DNA from: Monocercomonoides exilis PA203
Taxonomy: Eukaryota > Protista > Preaxostyla
DNA: 64,000 bases
Direction: 5' to 3'
Assembly: GCA_001643675.2 (NCBI GenBank)
Contig: LSRY02000018.1
Span: forward strand, 930,001-994,000
Shown here: in pieces, positions 11,757 through 24,134 of the stretch
Layout: each line of letters starts with the position of its first letter
Numbering within the stretch: position 1 is the first letter of the stretch
Position numbers and translations under genes: made by a program
The notes under the pieces: model-generated
Told to the model about the DNA's origin: nothing
What the model saw: the letters and a program-made list of their open reading frames with translations, nothing else
The model's database searches: none

Positions 11757-12078
11757 AAGTCGAAAAACTTTCAATCGAAATCGAAAAACTTTCAACCAAA
11801 GTCGAAAAAGTTTCAAACGAAATCGAAAGTTTTCATTCGAAGTCGAAAAACTTTCATTCAAAGTCGAAAGTTTTCATTCGAAGTCGAAAAACTTTCATTC
11901 AAAGTCGAAAGTTTTCATTCGAAGTCGAAAAACTTTCATTCAAAGTCGAAAATTTTCATTCAAAGTCGAAAAAGTTTCAAACGAAATCGAAAGTTTTCAT
12001 TCGAAGTCGAAAAACTTTCAAACGAAGTTGAAAAACTTTCAATCGAAATCGAAAAACTTTCAAACGAAATCGAAAATT
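11757..12078 (+). repeat. Tandem array of ~16 x 20/21-bp units (AAGTCGAAAAACTTTCATTCR) in the left TIR
   Basis: Units read directly, mixing 21-bp and 20-bp variants, with no spacers. Confidence 0.95.
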
Positions 12079-12290
12079 TTTTATTCAATGAAAATGAGTT
12101 TTAAAATGTTTTGGATTTTTTTTGTAAATAATTTTTAATTTCTTTTTATTTTTTTATTGAAATGTTTGAAAATTATTGTTTTCAAAATAAAAATAAAAGT
12201 GAAGAAAAGAAAACAATAAAAAAGAAAAACTTCACTCGAAAAAAAATGAAAAATAAAGAGAAAAATTCGTGACTAATCAACATCTAAATT

Positions 12291-13867
12291 TTATTCATTT
12301 TGAAGATCTTGTGATAATTGATGAAAAGAGTTTGTTTCTGGAATTTCAATCAACGGAGAAGATGTATCTTCTTCTTGCAAAGAACTAATATAACAATCTT
12401 GATGAAATTGTTGACAAAAACTCGAAGAAATAACAGATGAAGAAGCTGAAGCAGAAGCTGAAGCAAAAGAACATGGCATAATTTGAACATCGTCACTTTC
12501 AAGCTCAATTTCTTCAATGCGTGATCCTTTTCAATTCGCTTGAGAACTTTTGTACGAATCACTGAGATCTTTTCCTTGATGTGCTAAAGGAAGAAAATTG
12601 AATTGAACCATGTTTAAACATTTCAAAACGTCCTTTCGAGTAATATCTTCCAACGATTTATTCAGATGCTCAATTTTTTTTTCACCATTTTTATCAAAGA
12701 AGGGATTTTCAGTCGAGCTTTCCACATTCCAAACACATATTCGATAGGATTCAGTTCGCAACTATTTGGTGCAGTGTATAAGATACCATAGTTCTTAGAA
12801 GTTATCAGATTAATCACTGCCTCTGTCTTATGCAGCCCCACGTTATCCATCACTAATAAGAATGATTCCCTTCCATGAGATTGAAGTTTCTCCATTAACG
12901 ATAATAGGAATACTCTAAAACTTTGGTCATTTACGCTTCCTTCTACAAACGTGACATGCTCAATTCCAGAAAGTTCACTTATCGCTGTAATTGCTGTGAC
13001 AGTTTCTATTTTCGCTTTCTCTCTGTACTGTATACACCGTTTTCCAACTGGTGAGCGACCTTCAGTTCTTAATTCCAATGTGTTAAATCCAGTCTCGTCA
13101 ATGTAAACGAACGTTCTTCCTTCCATTTGATGCTGTATGTATTTTCTCACATATTCTTTTCTTAGATTTAATGTTTTCTCATCAGCTCTTGCATTTTCGT
13201 ATTTTCGCAATCTTTTTTCAGAGAAAACAGGGCATCGATGATCAATCATTTTATCCGATTTCAAATGGCGACCAATTGTTGACACAGAAGGTTTTGATTT
13301 ACATAAGCCACCCACTGAATCTGCTAGTTCTTTGGAAGTCACAGTTGGATTTCTCAGGATTATTTCTGCCATTTTATTTGATGCCTCTTTAGTAATCTTT
13401 TCGTAAACCTTTCCTCCTCGTGGCTTTGGTGGCTTTTCTTCCCGTGCGATTACTGAAGCTGTGGATATGCTAATGTTGTATTTCTTTGATAGATCTTCCA
13501 GAGTTTTTCCATCCTTGTAATCTTTTTTCAATAATTCTCTCATGTCATTTGGAAGTTGAACAGATTGCTTTCTTTTCTTCTTTTCTTCGTTAATTTCGAT
13601 CTTCTTTTTAGGGCGCCCTAGCTTCTTTTTTTCCATAATTGTCTCGCATTGCAGGAACGGGAACTGGTCAGTCTGTTCGGAATTAGGAACATGGATGTCG
13701 GCAGGAGGAATTTCTTTTGTTTTTTCTTCAATTATTTTTTCCAACTCTTCAGATGCTCTTTTCAATTTTGAGTTTATCCTTTCCGATGAATGATGTAAAG
13801 ACGATTTTTCTACCATTTCTTGCAATTCTTGAACACGTTTTTTTGTTTTTGTAAATTCTGTATTCAT
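12291..13867 (-). CDS. IS630/Tc1-like DD34E transposase, frameshifted near the C-terminus
   Basis: ORF 12662-13867 has an AT-hook-like GRPKK, an HTH region, VYIDETG, LVMDNVGLH and ELNPIEYVFG.WK (34 residues between the second D and E). The expected C-terminal helix (IEHLNKSLEDITRKDVLKC) lies in another frame after a T9 run at 12674-12682, with a further TGA at 12531. Confidence 0.88.
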
Positions 13868-14515
13868 TCGTTCGTAATGTTTATCCCAATTTTTAATATT
13901 TTTAAAAATTTTAATATGATTTTGTGGGATTTACTCCCCATGTCACCCACCAGTTTCTTATGAGAGTTAAATGGAGGAGAAGCCCCCCCATTTCCCCCCC
14001 ATAAGAAACAGGTTTCATATTAAAATACAATAAACATAAAGATCAATTTAGACTAATATACAGAAAAAACAATTATCAGCCAAAATTGTGGGAATACTTA
14101 AATGAATCTTCAAAAAATGGAAAAAAAAATCACAAGTCTTGAGTTATTTTATGATTTTAAATAATTCAAACAAATTTTTGCACTAAAATTCTTGCTTTTA
14201 ACAAAAAGAAAAATTTGATCAACAATATTTTCATTTCAAATAAAAGAAAATATTGCAGAATTCAAACCTTTTGTTTCGTGTCAAATTGAACATATCGTTT
14301 GGAATTCATTTCGATCCATATTTTCGAAATTTTCATTATTTTGCTTTTCACTTCAAAATTCTGGATTCTTAACATACCTTGCAAAACTTTCCCTCCTAAT
14401 TAATTATAAAATCAACAAATAAAAATAATTAGAAAACGAATAAATCAATTGATAACAAAGTGTATTCAAAGAAAAAATTATAATTTCTTATTTATTTGCA
14501 TTCGAAAAATTATAA

Positions 14516-15325
14516 CTAAACATTTAAATGTGAGTTAAGAAGGCCAAAATACCAACCAGTTCCACGCAAATCTGTTATTGAACAATTTTCCACTCTGTTA
14601 TCTTGGAACGTCCAAACAGAATTTGATTGCGGATACCATGATGTGACTGCTCCTCCATAAGCAGCTGAACAGCTCGAGAAATTGGAATTTGCGATATTGA
14701 CATTTAATAAATTTTGAGCGAACAACGCTCCACCATGATCATTGGTTGAACAATTGTTGAATGAACACGATATGATTGCAAGATTAGCATTTGTTCAATC
14801 CACATAAAGCGCTCCTCCTCGATCTGGCCCACCATTTGAATCATTCCATTCGCACCATTCAAAAAGATAGCTATTCAGGTTGAATGAGAACATTCTTTCA
14901 AGTTTTAATTTATGAGTTTCGGATCCGTTATATCTTACAACATCATTTGGAGAAGAACGTGTTTGGTGGAGAAAAGAAGCGTTGAAGGCAGAAAGAGAAG
15001 TGGATTGGCTGTTGATGTTGGGGAGGATAGTTCCATCGATGGCGTTGTGTGTGTGGAGGAAGAGGGATGAGTGGATGGAGAGGGAGGAGTGAAGAGAGAA
15101 GGAGGGAATTGAATTAGTGTTGACGTTGGCGGAAGTGGAAGTGGAAGAAGAGGTGGTTGAGGTGAATGGGTTGAGTGAGCGTGAAGGAAGAGATGGAAGA
15201 GATCGAGGGGATTGGGGAGAGGAGATGTTGGAGAAGAGGATGTTTGAGAGATGGAGAAGGAGGTGGAGACTGGTGAGTGGGCATCTGGGAGAAAGAATAT
15301 TTGGGTGGGGGAAGACAAGAAGCAA
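14516..15325 (-). pseudogene. Captured or degenerate N-terminal fragment of a beta-helix surface protein gene inside the 9-kb element
   Basis: ORFs 14795-15325 and 14516-14725 are one frame separated by a single TGA: NAIDGTI...FEWCEWN...RGGALYVD*TNANL.IISCSFNNC...GGALFAQN...C.A.YGGAV. Collinear with the N-terminus of the 2479-aa protein; truncated. Confidence 0.75.
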
Positions 15326-18300
15326 CTCTACGGCAGAAGATGAGCAAAATGAAGAAGGAAAGGAAGATGGAGATGGTGATGTTATAAGTGCCGGAGCGGA
15401 CGAAAAGCGAGCAGAAGGCGCTGGTCAAGAAGGAAATTGAGAAGCGGTATGCAGCATTTTCATTAAAAACAGAGGAACAGAAGAAAATGAAGGTGAAGTG
15501 TGAAGAGTTAGCGCATTGGCTTGTTGAGCAGGTGAAGGAGATGAAGGAGCAGGTGGAGATGGTGAAATTTAAGCATGTGCAGGGAAGGTGGATCAGATAA
15601 AAATGTTGTGAGGAGGAGGATGATGAAAAGGCAAAAGAAAGAGTGCGATCGTGATGTTTGAGATTCCGCAATCCCCGCATTATGATCCGAAGAGAGAGAG
15701 AGCGGGAAGAGTCGGAGTGGCCTGAGAAATCGCTGTGTTGAACGGGGACAGTGATGCCTGGTGCATGTGCGGCAGTTCCACCAGCAGTGTAGATGGTGAT
15801 GGAGCGGCTGATGAGAACTATCTCTGAGTAGCTGATGCAGGTGGTGAATGAAACAGCGCATATGTTTCAGATGATGCTCCAGTTGCAATCGTCTGAACCG
15901 ATTCAGCAGAGTAATCAGCTGCTGGAAACAGGGCCTAAATCTTCGATAACGTGATCTTTTTCGATTATCCAGAGGATATACGGAGATAAGATCTCTGAAG
16001 ACATAAGCTGAGGATGTCGAGGGCGGGCTGGTGTGGTGCTTCCAATGTGAGGGTTTGGAGATTTTGTGTTTATATGGCTGTGGGAGAAGCACTCTACGTA
16101 AAAAAAGAGCGAGGCAACGCGGTAGGATGAGATCTTCGGAGTGGAGCTGTTCCGGAAGTACTTTCAGAAGATGCAGCCATTTGATGAGTTTGCGCTGGAG
16201 AATTTTTCTGGAGATGAGCTGTCATTTTTTATGTTATTCAACACAGTGCTTGAAGGAGATTCGAAGAAGAAAACCATGTTGTTTTTTGGGGGATTTTGAT
16301 GGGCTGCATTCGGAGAAAGGTGAAGAAGAGTCATCTGTGTTTGTTGCGTTTTTGCCGAACCTTCATCGGGCAGAAGCTGCAAAGATGAAAGATGAGTGGA
16401 GGAACCCTATAATGACAAATGTTTAAATGATGAATCTTCTTCTTCGTATTTATCTTCGTCATCTGGTGTGACTTGTTGTGTCATCACGAACGATGATATG
16501 GAGTCTATTTGGTATGTGCCATCTGCGAAAACTGCCTGTGCTGTTGCTGCGGATCTTCCAGTTAGCTTGCTGATTATTTGGATTCTGTTTGTCGTCATTT
16601 TCATGGGTGCTGAATGTGTTCCAGCACAAATACTTCTTCATGCGCTGCCTGAAGATGCCAAATGTGTGAGAAGCTGCCAACTTCAGATTTCCTCAATTCT
16701 TACCACAGAACAGCTCAGTTGTGAAGACGGTTTGTCGGAGCTGGATGATCAGGTGCAGGTGCTTTCGGTGGTGTCAGCGGGGGCAGGGCTGGATCGAAGC
16801 GATGATGCTGGTGCAGCTGGTGGGGCGGGAGCTGGAGAGGGAACGAGGTGGAAGAGGCAATCTGCTTTGCTGTGCTGCTGGGGAACGGGCAGCGTGTGCA
16901 GCTGCTTCACAAGGAGATGGTGTGGCAGAGGGAGGGATTGAGGGAGGAGTCAATGTATTGTCATGCTTCATCATCAGCATCTCCTTCTTCAGCACAGTAC
17001 AAACAAGTTCTGAATTGCAAAGAATTGGCAATCGACAATATGCTGCTGTTCTTTGCGTGTGCGTCGGGTGTGATCGATCCTTCCATTTCTCCTCCTTCAT
17101 TTTCATTGGAGTTGTCATTTCCATTGCAATCGTTTTCTTTTCCTTATTCTTCTTCTTCTTCTTCCTTTTCTTTCTTTTTTCCTTTCTCTTGACTTATCTT
17201 CAAGCATCCCTCAAATTTCTATTTTCATTTTTCATTTTTTCTTCCTTTTCATTCAAATTTTCTCTTTCATTCAAATTTCTTTTAAATATCTTCTTTTTCT
17301 TCTCGATCATTTGCCAAATTTCTTCTTCTGCCACATCATCAACTTTTGTTTCCCTCTTTTTGCTTTTAACAAGATTCGTCCTATATGTCTTCCAAAGCCT
17401 TCAAAAATTTTTTATCTTCTTTTCCATTCATTTCATTTATATTTCACGCCCCCTCACTCCTCCAAGCGCCCCTTCAATTGCTGTTTTCTGACTTCTTTAA
17501 TGCATTTAACATCCTTTCTTTCCATATTCTATAGGCATATATTCGCAGTAAATATACCTGCGAAACAATCTAATTTCAACAAAAATAATAATTAATGAAA
17601 AAGAACATTGAAAAAAGAGGCAAACCTATGACTGTTATGATAATCATTCTTTTCAAATTTTCCTCTCCTCCTCCAAATATTTCTCCATTCTACCAACAAA
17701 ACCCATCCGCCACATCTTCGCTTCATCTCTGCTCCCAAAAAATCGTTTTTTTACAATCCTCTGTTCTGCTTCCACTCAAATAACCTCCACAAACTCCATT
17801 CTATAAAAAAACTGATAAAGAAGAAGATTCCATCTGAAGAATCCCTTCCCATCTCTTTTCGCTGTATTGCCTTCTTCTTCTCTCCATTTCCCCCCAAAAC
17901 AACAACAATACCACCACGCCAAATATCACAGTCCCTGTCTCCCCATCTCCCATTCCCCTTCTTCCAACCAATAAAAATATAAATACCTCCATCCTTTTTC
18001 TGTCTCTTTCCATTGCAAGACACCTCCCATAGTCAACCCCTCATCTTCCTCTGTCTCCACACCTCCAATGCAAAGCGCCAGCGCTGATGTTCCTTCTTCC
18101 CGTCTTCCTCCACCCCCACCTCCATCCCTTGCCCTGCAAATGAGAGGCGCGACCAAACTGTCCTTTCAATAAAAAATTAAAAAAAGAAAAAGAAAAAATA
18201 TTTTCTTTTTTTTTCTTCAATCCCACTTTTCCTTCTTATCAAACACTCACTCACAAATACTCTCCCTCTTGCTCCGCCTCATATGAACCCTCTTCTCTCT

Positions 18301-20288
18301 CCCTGCATTTGAAAAAAAATATCATCCCTTTTCCCTATCTCTCCATTTCCTTTCCCCCTTATATCCTCTCCTCCAATAAATATATTCCATTCACTCCACC
18401 CATCTTCTGTCCTTCTTGTTTTCCCCTCTTATCCCACCTCCTCCACATCAAATTCCATTTCTCAAATAATAAACACTGCCTCAACTCCTTCCCAATAGCA
18501 AAAATCTCAAAAATAACCCTTCCCAACCTCATCCTTATCCATCTCCCACACATCCATTATGCCTCTTAAACCTCCCAAAAACACCTCTTTTCCACAAAAA
18601 ATATCCTTTAATCGTTCCATTCCCCTTCAAAACCCTGCTTCCTCCAAAAACTCAACTCCATCACTCCACACCACAAATCCATCCTTTTGTTATCGCATTG
18701 TCTTTGTATGCCCATTCATCCACGACACATCGAGTTGTGCTCCTTTTCTTTTGTGGCTCAAATTAGTTATGGAAAATGATCAAGAAATGCCAAATGCTCA
18801 GAAACTGTCAACGGGGTCAGATTCCGAAGCTAAAACAAAGACAGGTTGACCAAGTGAATTAATTACAGTGAAAGGGTTGGGTGTTACAAAACGATATCTG
18901 CTTGATGGAAGATGAAATTGTTCATTTTGATTGATAGAATGCCGTGAAGCAACAATATTTTCGATGGAAATGCAGAATTTTTACTGTATGTATTTTATAT
19001 TGTTCTATATGTTGTGAAGGTGTTATCATCCGTATCCTTTCCAAAGTCGTGATTCAGACAATTTATTTAAAATGGACGATTTATTCTTTGCAGAACAGAA
19101 CTGCAATGAAACGAGACAAATATTTTCTTACAAATATATTGGAGCCTGAATGTATTTTGTTACGAATATTTATGGAAGTTATTTTGGACTCAACATGCGC
19201 AATGGATATAAATACGATGAATATGAATTTTGCGAGAACGAAGAGCTTCTGGATGTGGAAAACTTGCGGACATAAGAGATTTTATTTTAACTTACGACGA
19301 CGATGAAAAACTCTATCCGAAGAAAAATATGAAATAGATATTTTTGAAGAAATAAATGATGAGAGAAAAAAATGAAGAAAAACGAGGAAAAAGGCTGAAC
19401 AAGAAGTTTGAAGACAAACAAAAATGAAACTGCACTTTTGTCGAAGTAAGAACTTAGAAGAATTGAAGTTAATAGCTGTGCTTTTGTAGGACATCATTAA
19501 AACCTTTTTTTTTTTTAAATTGGAATTTTTTAATCTCTTTTTTTAAAGAAATTCTTCAACAAAAATATCTGAAATTGTAATGAATATCGTTAATTGTGAT
19601 TTTTTCCCAATTGTTTATCAAAAAACAATAGTGAAAAAGGTTTTATTTGAATAATCTTTAAAAATCACAAAAAAATATCTTTTATTAGTCTTTTCAACTA
19701 ATTTTAATAAAAAAACAGTAGAGCATTTTTCGATAAAATGTTTTGAAAAACTTCAAAAGAATGCATAATATATTTTTTCACAAAAAAAATCTGGCTCCCT
19801 GAGTAAATGCAAAATTCCCCTAAATTTTCAAAATTTCCATAGACAATTTCAAAATAATTGGGTTATTTCAAAATAACCCAATAATTTAGAAAAAAATTCT
19901 GCATTTCACGATTCATCTAATAATCATGGAATATTTTTTTGATCTGTGGTGATTTTTCTAAAAATTTTCATCCGTATAAAAATTTTTCTTTAATTGAAGA
20001 AAAATGTTTATATCGTTTTTTCAACATAATCAATATTTCCTTTATTTTCATAATGATGTCAACTCAAAACTGAAAAATAAACAATTTTTATTAATTTTTA
20101 AAATTTTTGCATAAACGTTCAAAAGTTCAAATCACATAAAGTGATATTCAATAATTCAACAATTTTGAAAAATAAATATAACTTCTATATGAATCTTGAT
20201 AATAAACATTGTATTAAAAGAAAAATTCAACTGTATTTCTATTTGGTTTTATTCATTTTTTCTGTATCTTAAGATTTCCTAATAATAA

Positions 20289-20751
20289 TTTCGACTTCGT
20301 TTGAAAGTTTTTCGATTTCGTTTGAAAGTTTTTCGATTTCGTTTGAAAGTTTTTCGATTTCGATTGAAAGTTTTTCAACTTCGTTTGAAAGTTTTTCGAC
20401 TTTGAATGAAAACTTTCGATTTCGTTTGAAACTTTTTCGACTTTGAATGAAAATTTTCGACTTCGAATGAAAGTTTTTCGACTTCGAATGAAAACTTTCG
20501 ATTTCGTTTGAAACTTTTTCGACTTTGAATGAAAATTTTCGACTTTGAATGAAAGTTTTTCGACTTCGAATGAAAACTTTCGATTTCGTTTGAAACTTTT
20601 TCGACTTCGAATGAAAATTTTCGACTTTGAATGAAAGTTTTTCGACTTCGAATGAAAATTTTCGACTTCGAATGAAAGTTTTTCGACTTCGAATGAAAAC
20701 TTTCGATTTCGTTTGAAAGTTTTTCGACTTTGGTTGAAAGTATTTCGACTT
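20289..20751 (-). repeat. Tandem array of ~22-23 x 20/21-bp units in the right TIR (inverted relative to 11757-12078)
   Basis: Reverse complement of the same unit types, with more copies than the left array. Confidence 0.95.
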
Positions 20752-20871
20752 TGAATAATTTTTGGTGTATCTCATCAATTCAAACTCATTTGATATTCAA
20801 AACTTTTAAAATATCTTCATTTGTGCTCAGAAAAAATAATTTTTTAGAATTAAGGAGAAACTCAAAATCCT

Positions 20872-23800
20872 GGCATAGGTGCATCTGTGCTTCTTTTGCA
20901 ATTTGCTCTGTTTGGAATAAACTTTATGATGAAATAATAGATAAAAATAATTTAAAACTTTTGGGTGGACGAATTTTTTGAAATTGTTTTTTCTTGTTGA
21001 AAAAAATCAATTTTGAAAAATCACCCATAAATATTACAATTTTTAATCAAAATAAATATATAAGGATAATTACCTATATATAAATACATGCAATGATTTT
21101 AATTGTTATATTAACCTTTTGTATCAATAAATTTCTGAGAAATAAAACATTTCAAAAAATTAAAATTTAAATGAATAATTTTTGATCAATCCCACAAATA
21201 AATTATAAATTTCTAAAGATTTAGGATTAGCTTTTTTTGTGATGTGTGGGGTGAACACTTTCCAATATACCACAATTTGAATATATAAACATTATATTAT
21301 CGTATGCACTGATTGTTATTTAAAATATTCTTCTACTATTAACAAATTTTGATTGTTAGAATATGAAGCTGATAATTATGCAACATGAAACTTCATGAGT
21401 CTTCCATTGGAGAAATCTATTAAAGAATTTTTGTTCATTCGATAAAATTTATATCATATTATATTATGTTTTGTTTTAATGAAAATTATTCATTTGTATT
21501 TCAGTTAATTTAAATTTTTCAATTCAATGAATGAAAGAATCACTGAAAAAAAGCAGAATGAATCGAAAAAGGAAATATATCGTTGAAACCCTTATCGAAA
21601 CACCCTTCGAAGACGTGCGCAGGTGAAAATAATTGATTGATGAGAAGTCGAAATAAAGATAGTGAAATGGAAATAGAAAAAAAATTACAAAGAAGAAGAA
21701 GAATTTGAATGAGGAAAAGAATATAATAGGCGCAGGTGACTGAAAAGATGATATCATTAAGGAAACAATAATTTCAAAAATCGATGAATTTGATTATTTG
21801 AGGTCAAAGGTGAGAAAAAATTAGAAAGACTGAGAACAAAAAGGAAAAGAAGAGAAACAGGAAAATAAGTGTTGACTGGTGTGTATATTGAGTTTCGATG
21901 TGGAAGATGAAAAAGTTAACAAAATGGAGCATTATAGTTTTTGTTATTGTTATTTCTTCAATTCCTTTGACTGTTTTTTCAAATATTCAACATTTCAGAA
22001 GAATATTATTAAAAATTATATTTGGGTAGTTAGTTAAAAATTGATATACATTTTTTTGCAACTCATTATTCATGAGAGCAATGTATTGGAATTATTAAAA
22101 ATTTTTGACTTCATATTTTTAAATATTTATAATTCCTTTGAAACGCTCTTCATTGAAAAAGAATGATACAAGAATCCTCGATGATTGTCACTTGAAAATG
22201 AGCAGTCATGCACTTTATTCTATCTCCCTCACTTCCACATCCATCGATCACAAGCGCTTTCAGAAATGAACAAGAATCTTCGATTGTGCCTCCATCCATC
22301 AATTTCACTTTTTTTCTCCTTCTGTTCCATTTCTGTCAATGCTATCATTTTTTTCTTTTCATCGATTGGCACAAGAAGATTTCATCTCCACTATCCCGAT
22401 TCATCATATCCACACACTTCCCACTTCCCACTCTCCCATTCAACACCCCTCCATTCCTATTCCCTCTCTGAATTGATTTGAATGTGCAGTTCCAGATTTT
22501 CGCATTAATCCCTTCTCCAATCTCAATCTCATTTCCATTCTCAAAACGAGTTCATTCATCGTTGTGTTCTTTATCTCAACATCCCCTCCATTTCTCAGCT
22601 AAAAAATAGGCTTCTTCCCTCATTTTCTCTTGTCACATTCTTCACAATCACCTCATCAATCAATCCTCCAACCCCTGCTCCATCAAAAGTCACTATCACT
22701 GATTTGGTTATTGCAAAATCTCCAAATTCACAATTTGCCAACTCCACTTTCCCTCCTTTCCCACAAATCAATCCCACTCCAATCTCTTGTGATTTTGCTC
22801 CAAATGAACATTCCTCAAATTTCAATGTGCTTGCACCGCACAAAAATACATACTCCTTTCTTGATTCGGCAAATGTTGATATCGATAATGCCAATGACGA
22901 AAACGATATTATTTGTTCGCTCTTTATCAAAAATTCATTTTCTCCTCCTTCGACAATTCCAATCTTTGCCTTTTCAATATCTCCACCAATGTTCATTTGT
23001 TGAGTGTTGAGTATCATTTCATCAATAAAAAAACTTCCATCAACAAGTTTCAGTGTTGCTGGTGATGTGCCAAACACATTTGTTCCTGCATATGTCAATG
23101 TGGAGCATGCAAAGTCAGAATATCCGCACTTATGATAGTTCATCCCTCCATTTCCCCCATTCACAAACCCAACACTCGGCTTCTCTCGTAGATCAAACTG
23201 AAATTGACATTTATTGATCAAAGATGTAATGTTGTAACATTCAATGAAAATATCATTCCCCACTCTTGCTGTATAAGCACTAAACTTCATCCACATAAAT
23301 GTGAAATCCTATTTTCCTCTTTCCTTTATTGGCAAATACGCTCCTCCTTTCCCATTGAAGCAGCTGCAATGACTGATTTTTCTGTTAATCAACCAATTGA
23401 TCCAGATTCCACCAATATGAAGAATATTGTTCCTCCATTTTCATTTGAAATCATACTGTCTGCAACATTCCGAAATGAAAATATAACAAATATTTGACAT
23501 AATTTGAATAAAGTTAAAATATTCTCCAATATTTAAAAAAATAATTATTTTTTTAACGATTTTCCGAATGAACAAAAATTCTTTAATAGATTTCTCCAAT
23601 GGAAGACTCATGAAGTTTCATGTTGCATAATTATCAGCTTCATATTCTAACAATCAAAATTTGTTAATAGTAGAAGAATATTTTAAATAACAATCAGTGC
23701 ATACGATAATATAATGTTTATATATTCAAATTGTGGTATATTGGAAAGTGTTCACCCCACACATCACAAAAAAAGCTAATCCTAAATCTTTAGAAATTTA

Positions 23801-24134
23801 TAATTTATTTGTGGGATTGATCAAAAATTATTCATTTAAATTTTAATTTTTTGAAATGTTTTATTTCTCAGAAATTTATTGATACAAAAGGTTAATATAA
23901 CAATTAAAATCATTGCATGTATTTATATATAGGTAATTATCCTTATATATTTATTTTGATTAAAAATTGTAATATTTATGGGTGATTTTTCAAAATTGAT
24001 TTTTTTCAACAAGAAAAAACAATTTCAAAAAATTCGTCCACCCAAAAGTTTTAAATTATTTTTATCTATTATTTCATCATAAAGTTTATTCCAAACAGAG
24101 CAAATTGCAAAAGAAGCACAGATGTACCTATGCC
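20872..24134. mobile_element. Non-autonomous Pack-type DNA transposon, copy A (3263 bp), with 570-bp TIRs, GGCATAGG termini and 8-bp TSDs
   Basis: TIRs at 20872-21441 and 23565-24134. Left flank AAAATCCT; right flank CGCACTTT (reverse complement AAAGTGCG). No transposase inside. Confidence 0.92.
22480..23495 (-). pseudogene. Captured internal fragment of a beta-helix surface protein gene in copy A
   Basis: ENGG.IF..L, GKGGA, F....A..GNDIFIEC.NI...I...QFQFD and FV......Y.KCGYSDFACSTL match the repeat modules of the 32777-40216 protein. It has stops and deletions. Confidence 0.75.

Larger units (their letters stand above)
11741..20767. mobile_element. 9027-bp IS630/Tc1/mariner-type transposon with minisatellite-containing TIRs, a DD34E transposase and gene-fragment cargo; TA TSD
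   Basis: CCTCAAAATA-TA|CACCAAAAATTATTCAAAGTCG...CGACTTTGAATAATTTTTGGTG|TA-TCTCATCAAT. The uninterrupted counterpart CCTCAAAATA-TA-TCTCATCAAT is at 27903-27924. The transposase lies inside at 12291-13867. Confidence 0.9.

Noticed and set aside
11624-12104. Repeat-derived ORFs (also 20269-20778)
   Set aside because: These are translations of the minisatellite and cross the element boundary; there is no evidence of a real protein.
778-14797. TGA recoded as Gly: in-frame TGA at Gly-expected positions (778, 1744, 5908, possibly 14795)
   Set aside because: These loci also carry TAA/TAG stops, deletions or truncations. Intact genes (2479-aa receptor, IP3R-like, yjbQ) end in TGA and have none internally over thousands of codons. 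GGA is a common Gly codon here, one substitution from TGA.
15960-16100. Possible ABC/P-loop motif (GCGRSTL) in the cargo
   Set aside because: It lacks the invariant Lys, has no downstream Walker B or signature motif, and is surrounded by stops.
11757-20751. CRISPR array interpretation of the 20/21-bp repeats
   Set aside because: Units are head-to-tail with no unique spacers, there are no cas genes, the context is eukaryotic, and the arrays form the TIRs of a transposon.
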